Both the position numbers and the translations under genes were made by a program. Of a stretch of DNA of 60,382 bases, positions 27,471 to 38,340 are shown piece after piece. This DNA comes from Leptospira biflexa (GTDB lineage: Bacteria; Spirochaetota; Leptospiria; Turneriellales; DYLW01): the NCBI GenBank assembly GCA_020720785.1, contig DYOA01000013.1:1-60382 (forward strand), in the 5' to 3' direction. The notes under the pieces were generated by a model. It was not told the DNA's origin and searched no databases. It saw only the letters and a program-made list of their open reading frames with translations. The number at the start of each line of letters is the position of its first letter. Within the stretch, counting starts at the first letter, position 1.

Positions 27471-29636
27471 ATGTTACAAAAAATCCAGGATTGGAAAATA
27501 TCCAACAAATTATGGGGAATGGCATGGCTGGCAATAATCGCATTATCCATCACGGGAGCCATTGGGATTTATAATATTGATACGGGAAGGCGTTCCACCT
27601 TTACCGCGTTGAAATATAATATTGCCATTACCAATGCTGTGGACATTTCACGCTCCGCACAGGCGGATTTTAAACTGCAGGTTCAAGAGTGGAAAAATGT
27701 ACTCCTGAGGGGGCATGATCCGGCCTTATACAAAAAGTACTGGGCTGGCTTTGAAAAACAGGAAATTGTGGTACGGAATCATCTGAAGAAACTCATGCCC
27801 ATATTCCGGGAATTCGGGCTGGATGAATCCATGGTGACAGATGCTATCGATGAAAATATAAAACTGGGACAGAAATACCGGGAGCATGTTCGTTTCTTTG
27901 TTCCGGGAAGCCTGACCACCACTTTTGCCATTGACAAAGCCGTCCGGGGTATTGACCGGAAGCCGGAAGAAAACATAGATGCCATCGTTAAATACATCCA
28001 TAATTTTCAACTCACGGAAATGGAGAAAATCCGGAATGAGACTCAAACCCGGCAGATTATCAGTCTTTCCGTTTCCGCTCTTTTTGCGGTCTTATCCGCC
28101 ATTATCCTGTTCCTGGCGGCCCGGGTAATCATCAATTCCATCAATTTTCCACTTTTGCACACCATAAAGATTTTCAATAAAATTGGGAAAGAACGGCTCT
28201 CAAACCGGATTATACTCACCAGAAAAGATGAGATTGGTGACCTGTGGCGGGCACTTGATTCCATGCAGAAACAACTGCTGGATAAAAACAACCATCTCAC
28301 CCAGGCCAATGAGAATTTGAATCATACCTTACACCAGGTACGCAAGCTGAAGGAAGAACAGGATGGGGATTATTTCCTGACCTCCCTTCTGATGCAGCCA
28401 TTGAACGGTAATTACAGCCACTCCAAATTTGTGGATATTGATTATATTCTGGAGCAGAAAAAGAAATTTAAATTCCGCAACTGGGAAAAAGAAATAGGCG
28501 GGGACTTGATTGTGGTGAACGATATTGAGCTGAAAGGAAAACCCTATATTGTTTTTTTAAATGCGGATGCCATGGGAAAATCCATCCAGGGAGCCGGCGG
28601 TGCCCTGGTCATTGGCTCTGTTTTCCGTTCTCTCATAGAGCGAACAAATTTATCGACCGCTGCAAAGAATATTTCTCCGGAACGATGGATGAAAAACGCA
28701 TTCATTGAAATTCACAAAGTATTTGAATCCTTTAACGGTTCCATGCTCATATCGTCCGTTCTGGGGCTGGTTGACGAGAAAAGCGGCCTGCTGTACTATA
28801 TCAATGCAGAACATCCCCACGTGGTTATCTACAGGGATAAAACGGCCCGCTTTCTGGATGAAGGAATCATGTTGCGGAAACTGGGTCATCTGGGGGCAGA
28901 TGGGAAAATAACCATCGGTACATTTAAACTTTTCCCGGAAGATATATTAATCGTGGGATCGGATGGAAGGGATGATCTCCAGTTGGGGGAAAAAGAAGGA
29001 AAACGCATTATGAATGAGGATGAAAAATTATTTTTATCCATAGTAGAGGAAAACCATGCAGACCTGAAAAATATCCGTAAAAGACTGGAAAACCATGGAA
29101 TCATCACGGATGATCTTTCCCTGCTGCGGATTTTTATTAAGCCGCAGGAAAGCCCTCAACTGGACCTGAAAGCAGATATTAAAAATAGCCTGAAAGACCT
29201 GCATTACATTGAAAATAACAAAACCCTTGGGGAGCGTCTGGCAAGCATAGAAAGTGGATTTTTAAAGGAATTCCCCTGCCATCCCGCTCTTCTGAGAGAT
29301 TTGACCTGGGGATATCTGAAAGTGAAAGAATATAATAAATCCTATGAATATGCAAAAAAATATACGGATGTCCAGCCGGAGCATTCCGATTATCTGTATC
29401 TGGCTTCCTATTCGGCCAAGAAAACCGGTAATCTGCAGGACGCCGCTGACTATGGCGAAAGACTCCGGCTCCGGGATAGAAATCTCCAGAGAAATCTGCT
29501 GAATCTTGCTGATATTTATCTGGCAATGAAAGAGAATAACCGTGCGATGAAACTGACAAGAGAGGTTCTGGATATCAATCCCGAACATAAAGTGGCTAAA
29601 AGAGTCTATCAAAAACTGGTGAAAGATGCTGTCTGA
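27471..29636 (+). CDS. sensor-HAMP-SpoIIE (PP2C) phosphatase with C-terminal TPR
   Basis: 2 TM segments flanking a helical sensor, HAMP (RKDEIGDL), IGGD, DAMGKS, NAEHP, SDG, DDLS. Confidence 0.88.
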   Translation: MLQKIQDWKISNKLWGMAWLAIIALSITGAIGIYNIDTGRRSTFTALKYNIAITNAVDISRSAQADFKLQVQEWKNVLLRGHDPALYKKYWAGFEKQEIVVRNHLKKLMPIFREFGLDESMVTDAIDENIKLGQKYREHVRFFVPGSLTTTFAIDKAVRGIDRKPEENIDAIVKYIHNFQLTEMEKIRNETQTRQIISLSVSALFAVLSAIILFLAARVIINSINFPLLHTIKIFNKIGKERLSNRIILTRKDEIGDLWRALDSMQKQLLDKNNHLTQANENLNHTLHQVRKLKEEQDGDYFLTSLLMQPLNGNYSHSKFVDIDYILEQKKKFKFRNWEKEIGGDLIVVNDIELKGKPYIVFLNADAMGKSIQGAGGALVIGSVFRSLIERTNLSTAAKNISPERWMKNAFIEIHKVFESFNGSMLISSVLGLVDEKSGLLYYINAEHPHVVIYRDKTARFLDEGIMLRKLGHLGADGKITIGTFKLFPEDILIVGSDGRDDLQLGEKEGKRIMNEDEKLFLSIVEENHADLKNIRKRLENHGIITDDLSLLRIFIKPQESPQLDLKADIKNSLKDLHYIENNKTLGERLASIESGFLKEFPCHPALLRDLTWGYLKVKEYNKSYEYAKKYTDVQPEHSDYLYLASYSAKKTGNLQDAADYGERLRLRDRNLQRNLLNLADIYLAMKENNRAMKLTREVLDINPEHKVAKRVYQKLVKDAV

Positions 29637-29642
29637 TATTTC

Positions 29643-30632
29643 TTAATAAATTCGCCTGAATATACGGTTCCATCGGATAAATGCATTGGTATACTGACCG
29701 GTAACCCACTGGAAGATATTCTTTATGGGGTTGCTCTCCACAATACCACGAGTTCCCCAGTTCACACTGAAATAGGACATAAATACCTTTCCGTGAATAT
29801 TTTCTATATCCACCAACCCCCACTGGGTGGAGGGTTGCATATCTCCCGATGATTCCTGGAAATGGTAATAATCAAAGCATTTTTTATACTCGTCTTCATC
29901 ATAAACCAGATTACAGCCTCTGGAATCATCGGAATTATCCCTGTTATCCCCCATAACCATATATTTCCCGGTGGGAATTTTCCACGTCCTGTCCGGATTT
30001 TTCATATAGTTCACCATTCGGAATCGTGGCATATAGGGAGATGAACTCTCCAATTCCCTTTCCTGTAGCATGTAATGGGATACAATGACTTTTCCGCTCC
30101 GGGGATCATGAATATCTTCCCGGTAAAGCCGGAGAAATTCGATATTATCATGATCCAGATCAGCAATGGGGGATAAATCCGTTAATCTGGATGTCCGGTA
30201 TTTTTTCCCATTAATATAAATTTCGTTATCCTTAATTTCCACTGTATCCCCCGGCACACCAATGACTCTTTTTACCAGGGTTTTTCCGCTGAAATTATCC
30301 CGCTGGGGTGGAGTAAAGGTGACAATATCCCCCCGGCCTGGTTTGTCTATGCGAAAAAGCGAAATTTCCGTGAAGGGAATGGTTATGGTGTAACGCATTT
30401 TATTCACAAACAGGAAATCCCCAATTTTCAGCGTGGGTTGCATGGATCCGGAGGGGATATTATTTGCATCCAGAACAGCACTCTTAAAGGCAAATACCCA
30501 GAAAACAATCACCAGCAAAGAAAAAATACTGTAAAGAAACGATAATTTCTGATAAAATTCTTTTTTTTGGTAATGGAATCGGTAATAAGCATGGATAATT
30601 TTTTTCATATATTTTCCTGTTTTATTCCTCAA
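29643..30632 (-). CDS. lepB: signal peptidase I
   Basis: IPSGSMQPTL, RGDIV, VKRVIG.PGD, GDNRDNSDDSR. Confidence 0.93.
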   Translation of the reverse strand: MRNKTGKYMKKIIHAYYRFHYQKKEFYQKLSFLYSIFSLLVIVFWVFAFKSAVLDANNIPSGSMQPTLKIGDFLFVNKMRYTITIPFTEISLFRIDKPGRGDIVTFTPPQRDNFSGKTLVKRVIGVPGDTVEIKDNEIYINGKKYRTSRLTDLSPIADLDHDNIEFLRLYREDIHDPRSGKVIVSHYMLQERELESSSPYMPRFRMVNYMKNPDRTWKIPTGKYMVMGDNRDNSDDSRGCNLVYDEDEYKKCFDYYHFQESSGDMQPSTQWGLVDIENIHGKVFMSYFSVNWGTRGIVESNPIKNIFQWVTGQYTNAFIRWNRIFRRIY

Positions 30633-31110
30633 AGTATGAATTTTCCATATCCACCCGTCTATGGCATTCGGAGCAGTGAGTTATTATTTTTTTATAATGC
30701 ATATAAAAGATATTCTGGCAGGCCTCATTACAGCTCTGGATGTTTTTACCGGATGCGTATGCAGCAGCGGCGTCCCCATGCATTTTCTGGAAATAGACAA
30801 AAAGGTTTTTTCCCTTCAATTTGCTGGAAAGCGACGGAAACACATTTTTATAATAAGGGGAACTGGCAACCGTGAAGGAAGACAACTGCGAAAACCGGCG
30901 GAAAACCACCTTGGGCTGGTTCAGGGTTGCGGCCGATACCATCTCCCGGATGGCGATATCCATTTCTGTCATTTCCCTCCGGAGTGCTTTTTTTTCTGCG
31001 TGACTCAGCTCCAGCCGGTTTTTCCCGGAATCCGCATGCAAAATCTGGCCGATGGATAAAGCCATTAAAAGGAAAAAAACCATGAATATAGGTTTGTCAG
31101 GAACCGTCAT
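30622..31110 (-). CDS. class II (c'-like) cytochrome c
   Basis: Signal peptide, helical body, C-terminal CSECH heme motif. Confidence 0.7.
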   Translation of the reverse strand: MTVPDKPIFMVFFLLMALSIGQILHADSGKNRLELSHAEKKALRREMTEMDIAIREMVSAATLNQPKVVFRRFSQLSSFTVASSPYYKNVFPSLSSKLKGKNLFVYFQKMHGDAAAAYASGKNIQSCNEACQNIFYMHYKKIITHCSECHRRVDMENSYFEE

Positions 31111-31189
31111 TCATCATACTTTTTTTTTATCCTGCGTTGTCAAAATGAAAAATGGTTTACAGGGACTCTCTTGCCATTAATCTACTATA

Positions 31190-33343
31190 ATGGGAAAAAA
31201 AATCGGAATTACCGCATGGATTTGCCTAACCTTAGCATTATTTCCTGTTTTCACAGTATCCGCAGGGGAACTCTCTTCCGTAATCCATCTGGAGAAACAA
31301 ACCTGGATGGGGTTTCCCGGATTCTCCAGTGATTTGACCCATATCCCCCCCTCCGATGTCCGGAAATATCTGGAGGAATCCAGGATAGAAGTAAAATATT
31401 TTCAGAGTTTTCCCATCCTGATTACCCGGGAATGGAAAAGCAGTAACTCAGATTATTCATCCTACACGCTTCTCACCTTTTTCCGAATTCCGGAGCCCCA
31501 AAAAGAGAATGATGTCCCGTCTGCTCCAGCCATAGCCAGAAACTATATTCTGCATTTTTCCGGTATTGGAGAAAATTTCCGGGTTTATCTGAACGGAGAG
31601 CTTATTGATGACCAGCTCAATGAGGACAAAAAGATAGGAGAAATTCTTTCTCGCCGTAGCAAAAGGAATTACCGGATTCTCCTTCCCGGGCATATTCTCC
31701 GGAATGATAATCTTCTTCTCATCCATTTAAAAGGGCAGAATATTCCAATGTCATTTTTTTTCAATCCGGAATACGGTCTATTTTTCCGGGGTGACTATTT
31801 CATCACCAGCGAACTCCATTTGCCGGATAATACCATTTGGGATGTTTCAGGTTTTTTCTTTATAGTATTTTTTCTTCTGGGAATAGTTTTTCTGATTATT
31901 TACCTGGGAAATAAAAATGAAAATTACAATGCTGACTTTTCTGCTCTGTCCTTTGTTTTTTCCTTAAATGCACTATCGCAATCATCCATTTTCACTATAT
32001 TTACGGAGATGGACACCGGAATCATTACGTATCTGGAAGCAGTTTCCGTTTCCTTGGTTCCCTTACTTGCCTCTCGATTTATTTTTTCATACTGGAAATT
32101 AAAAATCCGGCCAAAGTCCGTTCCCTTTTTCCTGGATTTACTGCACTGGATAATGCCCGCAGTGGTGGTATTTATTCCCTATTCCATGATTCATTTTGTG
32201 GTCCAGCTAACCGTGCTTTATTATATTCCCCTCACAATTTATCTGGGTTTTTTTGTTTTTGTGCATATATCCCTGGGTAAAAAAACTGCCCGGAGATTAC
32301 TGGCGGTAATAATTATTTATTTTCTCTTTCTTTCTTTGCATATCCTGGACTATTTCTGCACCAGAAGCGGAAATAATTATACCTACTATGGCTTTATGCT
32401 GATTGCGTTTTTTCTGTTGTATTCTTTTTCCGAAAAATTCAGGTTCCAGAAAATAAAAAATGAAGCGTTAAAAGAATACTATCTGCAAGTCAACCAAGCA
32501 TACTCCCGGTTTATCCCTCATGAATTTTTTCGCTTTCTCCGGAAAAAAGATATTCTGGATGTAAAACTGGGAGATCAGATTGAAAAGGAAATGACCATTC
32601 TTTTTTCGGACATACGCAGTTTCACCCAGCTTTCCTATCGTCTCACAGAAGAGGAAACCTTCAATTTAATCAATGAATACCTGGCCTATGTGGTCCCGGT
32701 AATTAAAAAGCATAATGGTTTCATAGATAAATTCATCGGTGATGCGATTATGGCCCTATTCCCGGAAAATTCCCAGGATGCGGTGGAAGCCGCCATTGAT
32801 ATGCATAAGGCACTGGAAGAATTCAATAAAAAATCTGAGATTGAGCTTAAGGTAGGGATTGGAATCCACACCGGAAATCTGCGTCTGGGAATCATTGGAG
32901 AAAAGGAAAGGATGGAAACAACGGTCATTTCTGATGCGGTCAATCTTGCATCCAAAATTGAAAGCCTAACAAAATTATATTCTTCAAAAATCCTGTTAAG
33001 CGGCAACACATTTTTCAATCTGGATGATCCCAGCCTCTATCACTTCCGAATCATCACCCGCACACTGGTAAAGGGAAGTGATTCACCGGTGGGCATTCTG
33101 GAAATATTCAATAACGAAGATGATGTTATGGTGGAGAATAAATTAAAATATAAGTTCATTTTTGAAAAAGCGTTTGCAGACTATGTGGGCAGGGATTTCG
33201 TTGCCGCGTATGACCAGTTTTCCCGGATAAAAAATGAGTTTCCGGAAGATAAGGCGGTGGATATTTTTTTGAGCCGGATTTTGGAATTTAAAAAAAATCC
33301 ACCGAATGATAAATGGAATGGAACGGAGATCGTGACCGGATAA
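31190..33343 (+). CDS. membrane-bound class III adenylate/guanylate cyclase
   Basis: Periplasmic domain, 7 TM, ILFSDIRSFT, DKFIGDAIMA, VISDAVNLASKIE. Confidence 0.88.
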   Translation: MGKKIGITAWICLTLALFPVFTVSAGELSSVIHLEKQTWMGFPGFSSDLTHIPPSDVRKYLEESRIEVKYFQSFPILITREWKSSNSDYSSYTLLTFFRIPEPQKENDVPSAPAIARNYILHFSGIGENFRVYLNGELIDDQLNEDKKIGEILSRRSKRNYRILLPGHILRNDNLLLIHLKGQNIPMSFFFNPEYGLFFRGDYFITSELHLPDNTIWDVSGFFFIVFFLLGIVFLIIYLGNKNENYNADFSALSFVFSLNALSQSSIFTIFTEMDTGIITYLEAVSVSLVPLLASRFIFSYWKLKIRPKSVPFFLDLLHWIMPAVVVFIPYSMIHFVVQLTVLYYIPLTIYLGFFVFVHISLGKKTARRLLAVIIIYFLFLSLHILDYFCTRSGNNYTYYGFMLIAFFLLYSFSEKFRFQKIKNEALKEYYLQVNQAYSRFIPHEFFRFLRKKDILDVKLGDQIEKEMTILFSDIRSFTQLSYRLTEEETFNLINEYLAYVVPVIKKHNGFIDKFIGDAIMALFPENSQDAVEAAIDMHKALEEFNKKSEIELKVGIGIHTGNLRLGIIGEKERMETTVISDAVNLASKIESLTKLYSSKILLSGNTFFNLDDPSLYHFRIITRTLVKGSDSPVGILEIFNNEDDVMVENKLKYKFIFEKAFADYVGRDFVAAYDQFSRIKNEFPEDKAVDIFLSRILEFKKNPPNDKWNGTEIVTG

Positions 33344-34839
33344 TGCGGTATTTTTTCCTGATATCATTATTCCTTCATGTATATTTCTTTCAGTATCTCT
33401 GGAACACGGGAAGAGAAACCTTTTCGTATGCCGGGTGTAATCTGGAAGAGTCACCCAGCCGGGAATTCCAAATCCAGTTGGCAAAAAATAATCCCTCCCG
33501 CAACATGACGGATTCCTGGAGTAAGGACGGGAAGGACAGTAAAGATAAAACCAAAAAACTCCAGATGCCCCCGGATAAGCAGGATAAGAAGATGCTGGAG
33601 GATTTCAAAAAATACATGGAGAATGAATATTCCATGAATACGGAAGACTCCGGTGAGCTGCTGGATCTTCTGGATAAAAGCCGGGGATTAGAGAAGCATA
33701 ATCCCATATCTCCGGACCAATTGGTGCCCAATTCCGGGGTGGATAAAAAATATATTATGCGGGAACGCCAGTATAAAGATATTACTGTAAAGGATGTTTT
33801 TCCCACCCTTAAAACCATCCGCAGCCCTTTTGAAGAAATTTTACGCCAGTCAGAAGACGATCTGATATTTTTTGAAAAAAGAAATTCCATCATACGGGAC
33901 TTTGAGAGCTACCAGAATGGGGAAAAATTTTACAGTCCCAAATTCCGTATTACCATTAAAAATAAGCCAGAAAAATCCCGGTCTCCGCTTTTTTTCCCGC
34001 AAAACAAAAGAATTGCTTATCTTGATAAAACCATAGAGGAATCCAAGGAAGACCAACTCCAAAATTTTATCCGGGATTTTATGGGTTATCATCCACAGGA
34101 GGGAGATCTGCCGGTTTTCATCCGGGATCTCTATTTTCAGAATCTCCAGCGTATTGCATACCGTTTCAGCTATGATCCCACGTATTTTTATATAGATTAT
34201 TTTCAGGAAAATTTAAACAAGGAATCTTTTCTGAAAAATTCCCTTCATCTTATGTCCATTTTACCGGGGACAAGATCACAGATTGAGCTGGGTTTCTCAG
34301 TGGAAAACATCTATGAAATCCAGTCTAATGCATGGGATTTATATTTTGAATACCGGGATATGAATCCGGATTTGAAAGCCAAGGAAAATCCCCCCAATAG
34401 AATCCGGACATTAACCCTATTGGAGAACAAATACCGGAAATTACTGGAGAGAGAGAATATAAAAAATAAAATACAACTTAAAAAACTATATTTCCAGCGG
34501 CGCTTGGAGATTATGGATTTTCTGGAAAAACAAAGCCCAGATCACTATCGTATAGCAGATATCCACTACCAGAGGGGACGTATTTACTGGCAGCAGTTTT
34601 CCGATCATAACAATCCCGCATATAAGAACAAAGCTTTGGAAGAATGGAAAAAAATTCCCTCGCTCATCTCCAGAGAAGATATTTTTCAAAAAGAATATAA
34701 CGAATTAATCCGCATCCTCCATACCTCCCCGGATAATTCTGTGGAAATCAGTATCCGTATGTTTTTTCTCCGGGATTTGAGGGAAAAACTGTCCGAAAAG
34801 AAGGAACGGGAAAGCCGCCTTCTCTGGAATTCAGGATAA
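33343..34839 (+). CDS. hypothetical membrane-anchored helical protein
   Basis: Start overlaps cyclase stop (TAATG); N-terminal TM with SxxxH; long ORF. Confidence 0.7.
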   Translation: MRYFFLISLFLHVYFFQYLWNTGRETFSYAGCNLEESPSREFQIQLAKNNPSRNMTDSWSKDGKDSKDKTKKLQMPPDKQDKKMLEDFKKYMENEYSMNTEDSGELLDLLDKSRGLEKHNPISPDQLVPNSGVDKKYIMRERQYKDITVKDVFPTLKTIRSPFEEILRQSEDDLIFFEKRNSIIRDFESYQNGEKFYSPKFRITIKNKPEKSRSPLFFPQNKRIAYLDKTIEESKEDQLQNFIRDFMGYHPQEGDLPVFIRDLYFQNLQRIAYRFSYDPTYFYIDYFQENLNKESFLKNSLHLMSILPGTRSQIELGFSVENIYEIQSNAWDLYFEYRDMNPDLKAKENPPNRIRTLTLLENKYRKLLERENIKNKIQLKKLYFQRRLEIMDFLEKQSPDHYRIADIHYQRGRIYWQQFSDHNNPAYKNKALEEWKKIPSLISREDIFQKEYNELIRILHTSPDNSVEISIRMFFLRDLREKLSEKKERESRLLWNSG

Positions 34840-37800
34840 AACTCCATTTCCTGTTTGAGATAACCCATCCAGGGATTTCCAGACAATATGAGATTCCGAA
34901 GACAGGACTGCGGAAAGATCCCGGCTGATTTCCTTCCTGCCATCTACAAAAAAAGATGGATGGGCTTTGATTACTTCAATACTATGCCCCTGGAGCTGGT
35001 AATGTAAAAAAACCGGATTTTCTCCATGGTATGCTTTCAATATTTTCTGGATATTATTTATTTTTGACATGAGATCATTCCGGGATTGACTGGGGATAAA
35101 AATATGCAGGCTTTGTTTAATCTGCTTTTTTAATTCACTGACAGGCATAATTTTCTTTCCAAAGATGAAAACAGAAGCCTGGTCAGAATCCCTGTGAATG
35201 ATAATACTCACATCCAGCATGACAATTTTATTTTCAGATAATTTATCAGCATTTTCCTGGAATAATTTCTCATAAATTCTCACTTTTGTCCTGGAGGTCA
35301 GATCCGATATTTCTATTTCATAAAATGGTTTTTTTCCGCCAGATACATTCCTTACAGATTCAATGACCCCTGCAATGGTAGCATCCTTTTCCAGTGAAAT
35401 TCCATCGTCAATATCCTCCAACGCAGTAATTTTTGTCTGACTCAGCAGATTTTTATATTTCATCATGGGATGAGATGTGAGATACAACCCCAGAACATCT
35501 TTTTCCATTTTTAATTTTTCAGAATCTTTCCATTCTTCCTCCGGCGTAAGGGGAATTTTCTCTTCCATGTCCGCATGCACAGCAATGGAAAACAGACTTT
35601 CCTGACCCGTAAGTTCATCCTGATTTTTCCGGCGTTTCCAGTCCAGAATGGTATCCACCGAACCAAAAACGGAGGAACGCGTATATCCAAAGCTGTCCAA
35701 TGCTCCGGATAAAACCAGGGATTCCAGCATTTTTTTATTAAAATACTTATAATCTGCTTTCCGGACAAAATCATCCAGAGACTTGAATATTCCTTTTTCT
35801 TTCCTTGTTCCAATGATGGAATGGACAGCCGGATGCCCCATATTTTTTAATCCCAGAAGCCCGTAACGTATGGTTTTTTCATCGATAACCGTAAAATACT
35901 CATTGGATTCATTGATATCCGGTGGCAGAATTTTAATTCCCATTTCTTTTGCGGAATAGATAAACCCAATTAATTTATCTGTGTCTTCAATATCCGCGTC
36001 CAGGTTGGCTTTCAGAAACTCCACCGGATAATGAGCTTTTAAATAGGATGTTTGGTAACAGATTAAGCCATAGGCGGCACTGTGGGATTTATTGAAACCA
36101 TAGTGACCGAATTTTTCCATGTTGTCAAATAAATCACTGGCAAATTTGGCTTCATAGCCGTTTGTTCTGGCTCCCTCCAGAAATAAGGTTTTCATCTTTG
36201 CCATGACTTCCGGAAGTTTTTTGCCCATTGCTTTGCGCAATTTATCCGCTTCCGGCATTTTAAATCCGCCAATGACCTGGGATATCTGCATGATCTGTTC
36301 CTGGTATATAATTGTACCAAAGGTTTCTCTTAGAACAGGCTTCAGGTTCTCATGGGGATAAACCACCTTCTCTTCTCCGGTTTTTCTTTTCACATAATCT
36401 TCCGCCATTCCGGATTCCAGAGGACCCGGACGGTAGAGAGCAATGAGGGCAATAATGTCTTCAAACCTCTCCGGTTTGGAACGCATGGTAAGCTGGGTTA
36501 TTCCTCTGCTCTCCAACTGGAAAACTCCCTTTGTTTTGCCCTCGCGTAAGAGCTGGAATGCTGCCGGGTCATCCAAGGGAATCCGGGTGATGTCCAGATC
36601 AATGTTATGCCTGCGGTTGATTTCATCCACTGCCATCTGGATAATGGTCAGGTTTTTTAAACCCAGAAAGTCCATCTTTACCAGACCAGCTTTTTCCAGG
36701 GAAATTTTTTCAAACTGGGAGATCACGGAACCAGTACGGGAATCCCTGGCCAGAGGAATGATTTCATCCAGCTTCTCCGGTGCAATCACCACTCCAGCGG
36801 CATGCTTTCCCGGATTCCGTGGAAATTTTTCCAGGGCTTTTGATATTTTATACAGGCGTTTTTCTTCCTGAAAAAGTTTCCTCCCCTCCGCCGGTAGTGC
36901 AGCCACAGCATCATCCAGTTCAATGCCGGGGGTGCCGGGCATCATCTTTGTGATCTGGTTGATTTTTTCAAACTCAATTCCCAGAACCCGGGCAACATCC
37001 TTGGTTACCGCCTTTGCGGACATGGTTCCAAAGGTAATAATCTGGGAAACATGATCATCCCCGTATTTCTGAACAACATAGTCATAGACCTCTTCCCTTC
37101 TATCCCGGCAAAAATCAATATCAATATCCGGCATTTCATGACGGTCTGGATTTAAAAATCTCTCAAAAAGCAGACCGTAACGGATGGGATCCAGATTGGT
37201 TATTCCCAGACTGTATGCCACCAGAGAGCCGGCCGCAGACCCCCTCCCCGGCCCCACGGGTATTCTCTGGCTTCGGGCAAAACCAATAAAATCCTGTACA
37301 ATCAGAAAATACCCCTCAAAGCCCATGGTATTGATCACATCCAGTTCATAATTCAAACGCTTTTTATACTTATCCGGAACCTCATCCGGAAATTTTTTCC
37401 GCAAACCTTCATGGGATAGTTTAATCAGGTATTCCTTTAAACTCATTCCTCCGGGGACCACAAAATCCGGCAGGTGGGGAGAGCCAAAATCCAGCTCCAG
37501 ATCAATTTTATCCGCGATTTCCCGGGTAGCATACAGAGCTTCCGGAAGATCAGGAAAAAGCAGGGACATCTCCTGGGCAGATTTGACGTAGAATTCCTCA
37601 TTAAAGCCAAAATCCAGCGGATCATTGATTTTTTTATTCATCTGGATCCGGAGTAAAATTTCCTGGGCTTCTTTATCCTCTCTGTTCAGAAAGTGGGCAT
37701 CATTGGCCAGAACCAGCGGGATCCCCAGTTTTTTGGATATTTCCACAGAACCTCTCGCGGCAATCTCCTGCTCCTTGATCCCATGCTTCTGGATTTCCAG

Positions 37801-38340
37801 ATAGAAATTCCCTTTCCCCATGATCTCATTCAAATGGCCGGCCAGATCCCGGGCTTCTTTCTCTTTGCCCGTAACCAGATTGCGGTTCACTTCCCCTGCA
37901 ATACAGGCCGATGTGACTACCAACCCTTCCGAATGGTTCTGCAGAAGCTCATAGTCAATCCGGGGCTTATGGTAGAATCCATCCAGAAATGCCCGGGAAG
38001 ACAGTTTTATTAAATTTTTATACCCTTTCTTATTTTTGGCCAGCACAATCAGATGGTATGCCTTTCCATCCCTGACCCCTTCTGCATTTGTTTTGCTTAA
38101 ATGGGAGCCGGGGGCAACGTAAAATTCTTCACCAATGATGGGTTTGATGCCGTTTTTCAATGCAGATTCATAGAATTCCACGGTTCCATACATATTTCCA
38201 TGGTCTGTCATAGCCACGGAATCCATCCCCAGCCTTTTCACGGTGTGCATCAAATCATCAATCCGAATTGCTCCATCCAGAAGACTATATACGGTATGCA
38301 GATGCAGATGAACAAAATCGGAAGGCTTTTGATGCGACAT
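34831..38340 (-). CDS. dnaE: DNA polymerase III alpha subunit
   Basis: FVHLHLHTVYSLLDG (PHP), GPGRGSAAGS, PDIDIDF, KMDFLGL, YGFNKSH. Confidence 0.97.
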   Translation of the reverse strand: MSHQKPSDFVHLHLHTVYSLLDGAIRIDDLMHTVKRLGMDSVAMTDHGNMYGTVEFYESALKNGIKPIIGEEFYVAPGSHLSKTNAEGVRDGKAYHLIVLAKNKKGYKNLIKLSSRAFLDGFYHKPRIDYELLQNHSEGLVVTSACIAGEVNRNLVTGKEKEARDLAGHLNEIMGKGNFYLEIQKHGIKEQEIAARGSVEISKKLGIPLVLANDAHFLNREDKEAQEILLRIQMNKKINDPLDFGFNEEFYVKSAQEMSLLFPDLPEALYATREIADKIDLELDFGSPHLPDFVVPGGMSLKEYLIKLSHEGLRKKFPDEVPDKYKKRLNYELDVINTMGFEGYFLIVQDFIGFARSQRIPVGPGRGSAAGSLVAYSLGITNLDPIRYGLLFERFLNPDRHEMPDIDIDFCRDRREEVYDYVVQKYGDDHVSQIITFGTMSAKAVTKDVARVLGIEFEKINQITKMMPGTPGIELDDAVAALPAEGRKLFQEEKRLYKISKALEKFPRNPGKHAAGVVIAPEKLDEIIPLARDSRTGSVISQFEKISLEKAGLVKMDFLGLKNLTIIQMAVDEINRRHNIDLDITRIPLDDPAAFQLLREGKTKGVFQLESRGITQLTMRSKPERFEDIIALIALYRPGPLESGMAEDYVKRKTGEEKVVYPHENLKPVLRETFGTIIYQEQIMQISQVIGGFKMPEADKLRKAMGKKLPEVMAKMKTLFLEGARTNGYEAKFASDLFDNMEKFGHYGFNKSHSAAYGLICYQTSYLKAHYPVEFLKANLDADIEDTDKLIGFIYSAKEMGIKILPPDINESNEYFTVIDEKTIRYGLLGLKNMGHPAVHSIIGTRKEKGIFKSLDDFVRKADYKYFNKKMLESLVLSGALDSFGYTRSSVFGSVDTILDWKRRKNQDELTGQESLFSIAVHADMEEKIPLTPEEEWKDSEKLKMEKDVLGLYLTSHPMMKYKNLLSQTKITALEDIDDGISLEKDATIAGVIESVRNVSGGKKPFYEIEISDLTSRTKVRIYEKLFQENADKLSENKIVMLDVSIIIHRDSDQASVFIFGKKIMPVSELKKQIKQSLHIFIPSQSRNDLMSKINNIQKILKAYHGENPVFLHYQLQGHSIEVIKAHPSFFVDGRKEISRDLSAVLSSESHIVWKSLDGLSQTGNGVLS

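Noticed and set aside
34831-38340. Intein or split in dnaE
   Set aside because: Length and motifs are continuous; no intein C1/HN-C signatures seen
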